In this document: positions 26,223 to 38,560 of the stretch, in pieces | Layout: every line of letters begins with the position of its first letter | How positions within the stretch are numbered: the first letter of the stretch is position 1 | Assembly (NCBI RefSeq): GCF_009914755.1 | Contig: NC_060927.1 | DNA from: the human T2T-CHM13v2.0 reference genome, Homo sapiens | Strand: one strand, 5' to 3' | Length of the DNA stretch: 64,000 bases | Translations under genes and position numbers: made by a program | The notes under the pieces: generated by a model | The model's input: only the letters and a program-made list of their open reading frames with translations | What the model was told of the DNA's origin: nothing | Database searches by the model: none

Positions 26223-28078
26223 TGATGAAGGCTCAGCATTCTGACGTTGGTTGTTGGTTGATGCTATTACAGGCATAAATCAGGTAATGGCAGTTGGCTT
26301 GGAAGAAAGAATTTCTTTCCCTCTTGCCTGCATCCCTTTATTAACTTCACTTGCAAATTCATTGCCAGCTTCCTGCCCTGCTTGTCGTTTAGCATAAAAA
26401 CCTGAAGTTGAAGGCTCTCTCTGTTCCTCAGCCATCTCAGAGATGGTGAGACTAGAGTCCACTGCCCAGGGACTAAGTTAAGGAGAGGCATTGGAAATGG
26501 GGTGACAGGATATGAGTCAATGGGCCCGAACTACTTACCACAGGAGGAAAACCAACAAGAGAGAACTCCCTCTTCCGTGGTGGTTAGCCGTGGCATCTTT
26601 CGAAAGTTAACATTTTGTAGTGTTGATGGATACTACTTTGAGATTTTACTTGAGTGAATAAAGGAAGTCAATGTTTTTGCAGTTTCAAAACTAGAATCAA
26701 TTAGTTGTCCCTAATTGTACCTCATATTCAAAACGGTCTGACGGCTCCACATACCCAAAAGTCTTTTGATATGGTCAACTGCTCAAAGGAATAATGTCAA
26801 AGAAAGTTCTGTAAATTTTTTAAAAAGTTACCTGCCAAATGTCACAGACATACTTTCAAATTATAGAGGTCCTCTTTTTTACCCTGGATGTTCTAATGAC
26901 ACAGCAGTTTCTGAAAACTTTTATGAACTTGGCTTTGGAGAAGGCATATATCCACGTTCGAGAACTCAGTGCAGCCCTGTCTGAAATTTATTTCGAGGCT
27001 GTCTTGCATCTAACTTTTGTCGAGGAGACTTTAGAGACGGTTTTGTTTGCCTCTAAGTGCTCCAACTCATCAGAGCAGATGCCCCTGGGTGCCCACATGG
27101 ATCTTTATTTTGCATGCCCGTCTGTGTGTGTTCCTTCCTCTTTGCCGAGGAGCATTCTTTTCTCAGCGTTACTCCTTTGCCTACAGCAGAGGTATGGAGT
27201 TGCCACTCTCCCTCCCTGCTTTCAGAGTGTCCTGTTCTCTGTCCCATTGCCGGCACGAAAGGTTCCTCCCAGCTCAACTACTCAGCACTATTTTGATTTT
27301 TATGTCTAGCTTGCTGTTACAAGACCAACTGGCTTTTTGAGAATGGGAGCTTAAATCCAGCCTCGGTGTGGTAAGCGTGTTTGACCTACAAAAACGGTGG
27401 TGGGCTAAGCCGCCTCCTCCCCACACACAGTGCTGTGTGTGACTCATGGCTACCCAGAGGACACTGATTAAGATAAAGGTCATTCAGGTTTTCAAAGCAG
27501 CCTGTTAATTGTTGTTTTTTTTTAAAAAAAAAATACCAAAGCTGTTTTAGTTTTACAGCGATCAAAAGGATTTTGTAATCATACTAAGAGAGCACATACA
27601 ACTTTTCATCTTTGAGATGCTTAAAAACATTAATTAATAAGAGCACAGTACCTTTTAGAAAAAGGAAAGGGCTTGTTGTCTTGACATGCCCCGTTGCCTC
27701 CTTCCCACCTTCCTGCTGGTTTTTGACACACCCTCATGACCCTTTTTCTCTGCAGTATATCTGGGCTTCTCATCTTTCCGTGACATGTAAGATTACATCT
27801 CCGAATAGAGGCTCATTGGCATTTTTCTCTTGGCATAATGTCTATGTCGTCCCATTGGGCATCTTGTCTAGAGAAATCTGGGCTGTCAGGGAGTCACACA
27901 TCCAAGGAGACAGCACCATTTCAGTGGAAATCCAAGCTGAAATGATATCCTCCCATACCACAAGGGTTCCCTGAGGCCCTGAGATGGATATTGGTGAAAT
28001 TGAGTAAGATATTGTAAGTTGGGCATCAGCATATTGCTGCTTAACTCACTGCAGCCACTCAGTTTATTGTAGGTGTTC

Positions 28079-28360
28079 TTTTTTTTTTTTTTCCAAGACA
28101 GTCTCTCTCTGTCGCCCAGGCTGGAGTGCGGTGGCACAATCTCAGCCCACTGCAACCTCCGCCTCCCAGTTTCAAGCAATTTTTGTGCCTCAACCTCCAG
28201 AGTAGCTAGGACTACGGCACACACCACTGCGCTCAGCTAATTTTTGTGTTTTTTGGTAGAGATGGGTTTTTGCCATGTTGGCCAGGCTGGTCTCAAACTC
28301 CAGACCTGCCTCAGCCTCCGAAAGTGCTGGGATTACAGGCGCGAGCCACTGTGCCTGGCT
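28079..28360 (-). mobile_element. Alu SINE, antisense, with internal deletion
   Basis: Alu body; taggtgttctt TSD. Confidence 0.93.
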
Positions 28361-29162
28361 TTGGCCTAGGTGTTCTTAATCTGACACTGCTTCTCCTCTC
28401 CCTGGCCACCAAGCTCAGTTTCAGGGCAGGCCAAATGAGTCAGCTGGTAACAGAGACAAGACCGGCTAGTGGGATTTGACTGCCAATGTGATTCTGTGAC
28501 TGTTAATGGGTCTTCTGGGTCCAGTCCCATCAGCAGTTGCCACCTGAACCAAGGACCTGCATTAGCCAGGAGAAGAGCACCTCAGGTGAGGCAGTGCCGA
28601 GGGCCGGTGACCACCAGACCACAGGCTCAGAAACGAGGTTGGGCTGGCTGCACCACGATGCTGCTGCCTGTCAGCCATGTCACCACGTGACCTGCCTTTC
28701 CTGGGTGCTGCGTTTTCCCATCTCTGAAGCAGTTATCCCTCACCTGGAGTTGTGAAAATGAAACGAGACACGTACCGCTGTTAGCACAAAGCCTGGCACC
28801 AGAAACATTCACCTTCATGACGAATGATGGGAAGTGCAGGGGGAAACTGCCCAGTGGGGGAATAATCGCTTTTTTATTCTTTTCTAAAGGCACTCACTTG
28901 GAAAGCAGAACAAGATTAGTTACTACATTTTATAAATTCCTTTTTAGGAAAACAATGAACCTTGAAAAGTGAAAACAGTAACTGATTCAAAGTACTTTTA
29001 CCCTTTGGGAAAGAGAGCAGAATGGCAGGTGCCGACGCCGGTGTGGTGTTAGTAAGGGCAATATACTTTTCACTTTGTATACTTTTCATTATTTTCCAAA
29101 TTTTCAACAATGAGCCGTTATTACATGGATAAGAGGGGGAAAGTAAGGAAACACCAAATGCC

Positions 29163-29208
29163 CAAAGTACTTAGATTGTGACTCTCTCAAAGTACTTAGA
29201 TTGTGACT
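29163..29208. repeat. 25-bp-period tandem duplication of caaagtacttagattgtgact
   Basis: Two identical 21-nt copies. Confidence 0.9.
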
Positions 29209-31379
29209 TCATGCCCCCCACCTTCCCGCTACTGATCCCCAAGGGAGTAGGGGCTGACAGAGGCCACTGGGGCTGCCTTTCCCCGGGGCCACCTCCTCTG
29301 AGTCTGTTGCAACCAGAGGCCTTGATGTGCAGCTGGCAACATGGAATCAAAGGGGAGGAGGCCCTCACTCTGCCACAGGCCCCTCTGGCCTTCGCCTTGA
29401 CCTTGAGACAAATGAGCACCAAGTCAGGTCGAACAATCTCCTTAAAGGAATAGGGCTATTTATAAACAAGATACTGTTATGAACTCCCTTTGCCTGTGAA
29501 GGAACTTCCTCCCTAGGGGTGAGCTGCATGGGGGCAGGGGCTGCTGCATCTCATCAATCAGTATCAGCCATTGGTACTGGCCAAATGGGCGTGTTTTCAG
29601 GCCATATTTATTAAGACACAGGATGTGCTGGGCTCCTTGCTAAACCATGTTTATACCCATTTGCTTCTTAGTGCAGCACTGTAAGCTGAGTGCCCGTACC
29701 TCCATCTTACGGATAAGGAAAATGAGGAAAATGAGGCACAGAGACGTGCACACCTAGCCCCAGACCACACAGCATGTAGAACTGATTAGAATCAGAGTCT
29801 GACTCCAGGACCCTGGCTTTAAGCACCCTTCTCAATGGGTTCCCTTGATGAAGCCTGATTCACTGGTAGTGAATTGGGATCAAGAACATGAGGGTGGGAG
29901 CTCATTCTCCCTGGGTGCTTTTCCATGCCCTCCAAGGCTTGCCCAGGCCTGGCACAGAGCCTGAGAAATATTAGGTGTCCAACAGTATTTTGGATTGTGT
30001 AGGTGAACAAATGAGTGAATGAGGGAAAGAATGGATGAGTGAGTGAAGGAATGAAGTGCCCTGTGGCCATTGGTCCTTATCTCTTGCATATGGAGGAGTA
30101 AGGCGTACCTACATCCCTTCTCCTGAAATGGTCCCTTGAGCCTTGGGGAGGAGAGAAGACACAGGGCTTCAGAGGAAGTGGTAAAGGTCTTCACCAGCTG
30201 AGGACTGCGGCTGCCTGGGAGAGAAACATCTGCCCCAGATAATCGCTGGCTGTCAGCCCTCGGTCACACCCCATGTCCAGATGGCATTAGCTTTGGGCAA
30301 AGTTTCTTCCTCTCCCACCCCATCCCCTTCCTTCCTGTTGGCAGCATGGAGTGGCACATATAGATTATCAATTATTAGCACACACAATATTTGTTCCACA
30401 GAGGCTGCATGGATGTGTACAGCTGATTTCCTCTGGCCTTTCCCAGAACACAGAAAGAGCAAAGGGTTTTTGTTTTATTTAAATCAACATGGTCATCATC
30501 TTGGCCCAGCCCACTGTGCTTCCAAAGTCAGTCTCTAGGTAACGCAAAGGGGTGCTGGTATCCAGACCATTAAATATGGCCAGGAAGGCTCTGTGCTGCA
30601 GGCAAGTCCTGGTTCCAGCTTGCTCCTCGGATGAGTGCCCTCTCGTCCCATCCTGCTAGGCCAAGGGCTTGTTTGTGTGTTCCCCACATCTGGCCTTTAT
30701 TTGAAACTCCACCTCGAAGTATTTCATAGCACAGAATATCTTTCCTTATTAAACTCTCCCCCACAGATTTTTTTCGTAAAACAGGCACCAAAAACTACAA
30801 ACCTACCTGTGGCTCTCAAAGTATCTGTTTATAAACCTTTGGAAACCGTTTGCAATTAGTTAATCACATTTTCAAAGGAAGTTACAGATTATAGATACAC
30901 TAACAAATGCCATACACGATGCTTAGGCCCCGGTAACCAACTCCTCACGCAGAAGAAGAAGAAGTGGTGGAGCCGAGGGACCTGGGATTTGTCCCCTTTT
31001 AAAACTGCATGGGAGAAGGGAGATTGGGCATGGGAGTTGGACATATGAGAATTTAGTTCTTTTTCTGTCACTCATGGGGGTGAGGGGCGAGGGGGAGTAG
31101 GCAAGGAGAAATCAACTGTGCCCAGACGCAATCGTGTATCTTGGAAAACAGTGAGGCATTTTATAAATCACATGTTCCTCAATAATCATGGAAGCACCAG
31201 TGTTTGTGAATACTTCACATAACATGTACTTTAAAAGCCATTCATTTGAAAAGAAAAAAATAAAGGAACTAAATATATACAAGTTGGAATTCTGTTGACT
31301 ACTCAATGCTTAAGATCTAAGCCAGCTTTAAAAAAAAAAAAAAAGGCCTTTAAAAGGGAAGGGGGATAATATGGAGATA

Positions 31380-31830
31380 AAGTATTGATACATGAAACAT
31401 CCAAGGATTTCAGGTACAGCCTGATCCAGGTGCACACACCACCTTTTCAGGACTCTCTTCATATCTTTTCTCTGCTTTCCCTGCACTGGCTTCATGCCCA
31501 GGAAGACTCTCTCCAAGTAGTGGCAGAGATGGCCATGAGCTATTCCAAGCTCCCATCCTGGCACCTTAGCAACTCCTCTTTTCCTGGATAAATCCAGGAA
31601 TGCATCCCAAATTGAATCTCTTGAATCTCATTTGAATTTGCGTGGGTTATGTACCCACCTCTGAACCAGTGACATCCTGGAGCGATGTGGGCCTCCCCCA
31701 CTGATCAGGCCACATGAAGGATGGTTGTACCTTCACTAGAATTATGCTTAATGGGAGTGGTGCCCAAGGAGTTCCCTACAGGAAAACCGAGGTGATTAAC
31801 CTGGAAAACATGGGGAATGGGTGGTGGCAG
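31380..31830 (-). mobile_element. Old MLT1 (J/K/L-like) MaLR LTR
   Basis: ttcaggtacagcctgatccagg...ctctgctttcc...ggcagagatggcc...cttagcaac motifs. Confidence 0.65.
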
Positions 31831-34800
31831 GCCAAAGCATGGGAACCTTCCTAATGGAGTGCCACTCTCTGGCCTTTTAATGTAGTTTCTTAGTAGGGGA
31901 AAAGAGGTAGGTGGATTTAGGCTTAGTACATTAGAGTTGTCTCATAGCTCTTGGCCTGTTATATCTATGCAACAGCCCACTGACTTTTCCTTTTCTCACT
32001 CAAATTAATCACTCTGCTGCATGACTGTTTATATTCTAAAGGAGCTTATTCTCTAAAAAAGACCCAAATGAAAAGTGTTTCATACCCATTTTACGTACCT
32101 GGCTAAGCAGACATTGTAGAAGGGCATTCTTAAACAGTGTTCCAGAGGAAGTATCCCTACCCCCGATCTGTATCTTGCCATGAAATTAGACTATAGAGAC
32201 TTGCTGGAATATGGTGGCTCATGGGCTAGTATGATGGGAAATCTTTTATTCCATCACTCTCTAATCATTCCAAGTATCTTGAATACCTTTTTGGTGAAAT
32301 ATACTGTATTTATTGAGAGATTTTAAAAAACGAATAAAGACATTTGGGGAGGATCAGAAGTCAAGAATTCTCTGCTGATTCCACCTTTGCCAAATACCAT
32401 CTAAAATGACTTGGGTTCTTTAGCGCAGGTATGAATTTTCGGCCAGGAGAGTCTTCAGTTCAAACTTGTAAGCTCCACACCAAGCAGAGACATATGAATG
32501 TGATTGTCTGACACCATCATAGTCAACAAACAGCTTCTGTCTGCCTATGGTTTGCAGAATGGTGACCAGTAAAATTATTGAATGGTCTTCTTCATTTCAG
32601 GAAAATGAGATATTAGCCAATTTTATTCAATGAGCCTGTGTCATTCCACAAAATGCATGACTCTCAGGAATCTTGCTAGCTGAATATTAAAATATTTTAC
32701 TGTGCCTGGGAATGTGTTTGCCATTTTACATACAATATTTCATTTAATACTCTCAACCTTTCTTTGCCATGGAGGTGCTATTGTTTTTACCCATTTTGTA
32801 ACTGACGAAGGAAGCTTGGAGTAGCTGGATACCTGGCTCAGGATCACACACCCAATGTGATGTGAGTGGTGTGACACGGCAGAGCCACTGTGACCTTCTC
32901 CTCTGAAAAAGACACGTGGACACTTTTTTTGAGGACGAAGGAACATTTGTTGCTCTGGAGCTTGTAGTCTTTTTTCAAAGCTCTTTAACAGTGGTTGAAA
33001 TAACATGAGGCTTAGACATGAAAATTTGACAGAGGCTGGTGTTGGGTGGGGTGTCCTCTACCATACAAGCTATGCGATCTTATTTAACTTGTGATTTAAT
33101 TTATTTAACTTGTGAGAACCTGTTTTCCCAAATGCATTATGGGCAATAAATTGACCTTAAAGAAGCAGAATTAAGAAGGATAAACCACAAGTAAGTCCTT
33201 GGGAAAGAGTGAAGCACTGTTTAATTGACTTTGTATCTTTAGTGCCTTGCACTTAGTAGTAGGTATACAATAAATGTGCATTGAATAAATGAATAAAGAA
33301 GCACTTTGAAGTGACCAAAGAAAGAACTTCCTCAAAATAGACAGTTTAGATCCAGTATCAGGCTACCCAAGAAATTACGAAAGTTCTGCATGTGAAGTTC
33401 AGGATCTGGGCTGTGTGAGTTTCTGGGGTACCTAATAGTTCTCAGTAATGGTTCTTAGGTAACAGAGGTCCAGAACGACTGTCTGACTCTAAGTCCTCAG
33501 GGGGACACTACTATCCCTGCCCCGCACTCCTCCACACTGAGGGGCAAGGCACCGCTGCTGACAACTCCGGTTGACCTCGTTGCTGTTCTTTTCTGTTCAG
33601 CCCAAGACTGCATCTCACAAGGACCAGGGCTTCCATGCACACAGGAACTTTCCTTAACAAGATCCAACTGCTAATCTGCTATTGTTTACAGTGGCTTCTG
33701 AGGGAACCACTTTCCTTCCCCTTCATCTGGAGTGGATCTGATGTCATAAAACTGACCGTGAATGTCTGTTAATTGAAAACCTAAGAGTAGTGGGGTGGGC
33801 TCACCGTTGATCAGGGTGGTAAGAGCCCACTGGCCATAGGAGGCTAGGCACCATCCTAGGTAGTGGTGAGGAGGGGGAGTCTCCAGAGAGGTCGCAGAGT
33901 TCCTGAAATGCAGTTGACAGGTAAGAAAAGAGTGCATGCGTGGACACTTGGCCCTGTTTGGCACCACAGTGGTGCAAGATCGACCCCTTCTGGCCCTCCC
34001 CTCATCCCACTGGGGGTCAGTTTACACTTGTCTGGTTCAACATATGGGTGGCAGTTTTCTCCTTCATGCCCAGTATGGCCTCAGCACCTGTCTCCATAGT
34101 AGCTGATCAGTGTCAAAAATGGCAACCTATGGTTTTGGGGTCTTAAAACACTTAGACTGACCCTGCATCTCACTTAGAACCTTCCAGTTAAATCAAAAGA
34201 TGACCAAGCTGGAGAGAAAAGTGAAAAAGAAAGCAGTATACATGCATATATATTTTTCCAATGTGCCATTAACCGTAACTGATGAACGTGTAAAGGGGTT
34301 GCTAATCCTTAGCCTGCAGCAGAGGGCAGACTTTCCTACATTATAAACACCCCACAACCAGCATGAAAGGCCTCAAGACACAAGAATGTCCAGACACAAG
34401 AACGTCCGGTCGATAAAATGGTAGGCTTGCAGGGTGACTAACACCAGTGATTTAGGGGAGAAAACTAAAACCACTTCCCCAGTTATTCATGCACTCATCA
34501 GCTTTTCCGGAGAAATGCCCTAACAGCCATTACATCTGGCTATGATTCCCAATACCCTCATCTACTCCAGGTAAAGGAGCCATGCTTAGTTCAGTACTGC
34601 TGTGGCCAGTGTGACAGCGAATAGATGGTTCTGTGTGTCTGCAAAATGCCACCAGTATGCTGAGCCCAGCCCCAGCTCTGGAGATCAGTGCTTTTGCTTC
34701 CTAGCTAAGGAGTACGGGTAGGTTTGAGACAAAAGGTAGAGGAGAGAGAATTATAAAGTATAGGGGGATATGACTAGATTCTTTGGTAAATGTAAGTAAG

Positions 34801-34843
34801 AAGCCCTTTCTCGTATCACGGACTGAGTTTTAGCAGCTTTGGG

Positions 34844-34845
<2 letters not shown>

Positions 34846-34889
<44 letters not shown>
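34846..34889. repeat. (AC)22 microsatellite
   Basis: Direct observation. Confidence 0.97.
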
Positions 34890-34890
<1 letters not shown>

Positions 34891-34977
34891 ATTCAATGGG
34901 AAGACAAATCCAACTGCTAACTAGTCTGCTATGATTTACAGAATTTACATTGTTTACATGTATACCATATAGGTGGA

Positions 34978-34978
<1 letters not shown>

Positions 34979-35020
<42 letters not shown>
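34979..35020. repeat. (AC)21 microsatellite
   Basis: Direct observation. Confidence 0.97.
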
Positions 35021-35022
<2 letters not shown>

Positions 35023-35334
35023 CCCATTCAAGGAGGGGACAGATTTTCCTTTGCATCTGGTGTTTTGGAAACCAAGAAGTCTACAAGGTAAATTCATATC
35101 AAGCAAAGAGTTAACTTTTCTACTCCCAACTTGGAGCCAATGTTTAGAGGCATCTGACCTTGGCTTTCCTGTCATTAAAAGTCCCTAGGACTGTCACCCT
35201 GCTGGGCTTCTCACCCTCATCGGTCCACTCCCAAGCCCTGTCCATGAAACAGGACTTGGGAAGGTAAAGATTGCCCTGGCTGATGACTTCACGGACTTTT
35301 GTTTTTCTTTTCTTTTTCTTCTTCCCCTTGCTAG

Positions 35335-35418
35335 TACGAAGAAGGAAAAAAGCGAAGGAAACCTAACTATAGTAGCGTTGACCTCTCTGAGGTGGAGTGG
35401 GAAGACCGAGATGACGTG
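35335..35418 (+). CDS. CACNA2D3: CACNA2D3 coding exon (~18), YEEGKKRRKPNYSSVDLSEVEWEDRDDV, phase 0-0
   Basis: Long polypyrimidine tract plus ctag acceptor, GTG|gtaagt donor; 84 nt; follows a 25-kb intron. Confidence 0.97.
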
Positions 35419-36749
35419 GTAAGTGATTTGTTTTCAGGCCTCGTGGAGAAGGACCTGCATTGTACCCACTTCTGTACCTGGGGGCGATCCCAGGAGTTGG
35501 CCAAGAGGCCCACTGAAGGGACACCTGGCTACCAGAGGGACGTGGAGACAAGGGGCCTTTGTACCATGTGTGGAGTTTTATAACTCTTCAGCCGGTCAGT
35601 CGGACCAGTTGCAGACAGGCCAGCCACCCCAGCTGCTTGTGCAGTCTACTAAAACCATCCCCCTGCGGACGCTGGTCCCCTCTGCAGCTGATGACTCCAG
35701 CCTTCTTCCCAGTACAGTGGATGGCCCCTGACATCTTCAGTGGAACCTGGCTGGGCAACAGCAGGCTCTGCCTGGTGCAAAGTCAGGGTGCCTGCAGGCC
35801 AAGCAGGCAGGTTCCTGGGCAGCAAGAATTCACCTGTCAGGACCTCATTGGCACAGCCCTTGTTTTCAGAGTACAGCCCAGGGCTCTGCAGGCTCACTTT
35901 TCTCCTGCTTGGTCGGCTGCCCATTTCCTGTACCTTCCCAGCCTTTCATTCTGCTCTGGCCTTGCTGCAATTGCACCCCATGCTTTTTCCCCACGTAGAT
36001 TCAGCCTATGGTGCTCTATCAAAAGCTCTCCTTATACCCATGACTTAACCCTGTCAGGTCTTCTTGGTACTTCCTCAATAAATCAGATTTCTTAGACACG
36101 GCTGCCTTTGTGTGAATCCAGGTGGACTCTCCTTAATTAAATCATAACTTCCCAGGTGTTTCCATCTGGGTCCCTACTCTTCCCTTTTTCTAAGAGTGTG
36201 TCTGTGCTGAGGCCACGTTTCTCTGCCCTACCCTCCCAGATTCGTCTAGGGTCCTTTCTTAAGTTCCACTGTTGAGTTGGCGTTGTTTCCATCTCTCACT
36301 GCATCCTGCTCTCCAAAGGGATGTTGAGGAGAACCATTTGAAAGCCCAGCCTGGGTTCTCATGCCTTCCAGAACAGGGGGCCAGCATCACAGTGCTTCCG
36401 CTGCAGCTTTCCTTCTTTCCACACGCTCTGCACTTTGTCACCAGCTCAACTAGCATAAATCTCTCATTTTCATCCTTGCTGGTAAAATGTGAGAGCCATA
36501 CCTGTTTTAGAAACTTAGCCTCTTTTCTTCTTCATCTGCTCTAAGTCTACTTAAACCCAAGTTTAGACAAAATAACTTTGCCATTTGATAAAAGCTCCTT
36601 CCTCCTCCATACCCTTTTCCCCGCAAGCCAATGAGCTGACATAGTGTCAGCTCAATAGCATGGTCGAGTTTTCTATCTTCTTATTCCTTAAACACTGTCA
36701 CAAGGATCCGGTCAGTTCTTAGGACTGTCCTGCACCTAATGTGCCCACC

Positions 36750-37040
36750 CTGGCTTAGCGCAATTGTGAGGAGTGCCACTCAGGTTTTAGACTCCTGCCA
36801 GGTTCAAATCCCGCCTTCTCTGCTTGCCGGATGTTTGTCTTGGGTGAGTGATTATGCCTCTCTAGACTTCAGTTTTATTTTGTGTTCTTTGTTTTATTTT
36901 TCCCCAAGAAAATGAGTGTGATGGCAGTTGTCCCCACCTCATAGAGCTGTTCTGAGGATTAAATGGATTAATAGATTGAAAAACAGAGAAGTACTTGCAC
37001 TGTTCTGGGGAGTAAGTAAGCATTCTACAAGTGGTAGCCA
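36750..37040 (+). mobile_element. MIR
   Basis: ggttcaaatccc...cttgggtgagt...ctctagacttcagtt...ctgaggattaaatg. Confidence 0.75.
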
Positions 37041-38349
37041 TTGTTAGTATTATTCTGACCTCCTCAGTCCTCAGGGGACCCTGTCATGAATGAATGTCCT
37101 GTGGATTTACAGTTGCTAGGAATCTTTGGAGGGGACTTTCCATTGTTGCCCTTCCTCTTCCTTCTTCACTTTATCTGTTGATTTATTTTTTTTGTTGTTT
37201 GCTTGTTTGTGACCTCACTGAATCGTCTCCCTTTTTGCATGCTACTTGAAGAGATGTATGACTCAGCTCACTCCAGTCATCACCTGTGCCCCAGCTAATT
37301 TTCAGTGAGCGAATGTCTCCTTTAGTAATCACAGTTTGGGAACACTTTGTATCTCCTCATCCTACTTTGCTTTCTCGTTGGAGCTGCAGGCATTGGATTC
37401 GCAGCCTCACGTGTGTGTTCTTCACCTCCACATGACACCCAGGACTGCGTTCTGTCTGTCCAACTTCAGAGTTGGACATCTCAAGCAAGTCCAGTGCTTT
37501 TGTTCTGCACAAATTGTTCTCTGGTTACGTCTTTGGTTTGAGTCTCTTAACTTGTCGCCTTGGAATATGGTGCATTTGGAATGTGAATTCCTTCTCTATC
37601 AACATATTTGACTTGGGAAAACCCAAACCACCATTTCTCTCCTGGGGATTTGCATGTCACTAATTGGAGAATTCTGGAATCTACAGAAAGCATCATTGTG
37701 AAGTCTGCACAAAATCTTACATATCCATGTGCTGGGCCTTGGGATTTGCACCTGAGTAGCAGAGGACAGGGTTTAGGTTGAAATCTAGGAAAGAACATGT
37801 AAGCACAGCCCACTGAGGAAGAAGCAGTAGAGTCTGCCCAGATGCAGAGAATTTCTTGGAAGGTGAGTTCTACTTCTCTAGGAAGTAGGCTCCTGAATTT
37901 AGTAACCACAGTTATAACCTGCATACTTCCAAAAATGAAGTAAGTTCATATATACTGTTACAATGTATATAAAATAGACTGGCTAAAATTAAAAGAAAAA
38001 AAGACAACAATTTAAAACTATTTATAGCAGTATGAGCAGGACTTCTGTCCCACTCTGCAGGATGAGTTAGGCATCAGGGCAGGAATACAATAAGTAGGGC
38101 AGATCTTTGGCGGACCCGTGTGCCAGCAGGGGATTTTGAGACATGCATAGCCCAGTCTGAATTGCCAGTGTAGATCCCCTCTGGGAAGGGAAAATTATCT
38201 TAAAAATAGCGTTTATCCTTTGGTTATAAATTCTCAGAGATGGCACAAGGAATTGAGGGTGATTTTTTTGTTTTGTTCCTATTAACTTCCAGTCATTCCC
38301 AAGCTTTCCACATTGAATGTGATTATTAATAGAAAAAAACTCATAAAAA

Positions 38350-38560
38350 TAATAACTGCCATATATTAGCTCTTCCTGTACACCAGTACCATTCTAAGTT
38401 CATGAGTGAACTTATTTATTTATCACAGTGAACCTATGAAATGGGTGTTTTATCTCCATTGTACAGGTGAGGAAACTGAGGCAGAGAATGGATGTAATGG
38501 CCTAAGGACATAGAGTGTGGATTCCAACTCAGGCAGCCTGGCCCACAGAGCCGTGGTCTT
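38350..38560 (-). mobile_element. MIR
   Basis: ccattgtacaggtgaggaaactgaggcagag core. Confidence 0.75.

Noticed and set aside
26839-27309. 156-aa ORF
   Set aside because: No homology recognised, no promoter or splice context, composition typical of random intron
33662-34920. 13-mer atccaactgctaa occurring twice about 1.2 kb apart
   Set aside because: Short and compatible with chance; no element structure between the copies
35559-36095. 178-aa ORF just downstream of exon ~18
   Set aside because: Non-ATG start, not joined to the exon's reading frame, no recognisable domain
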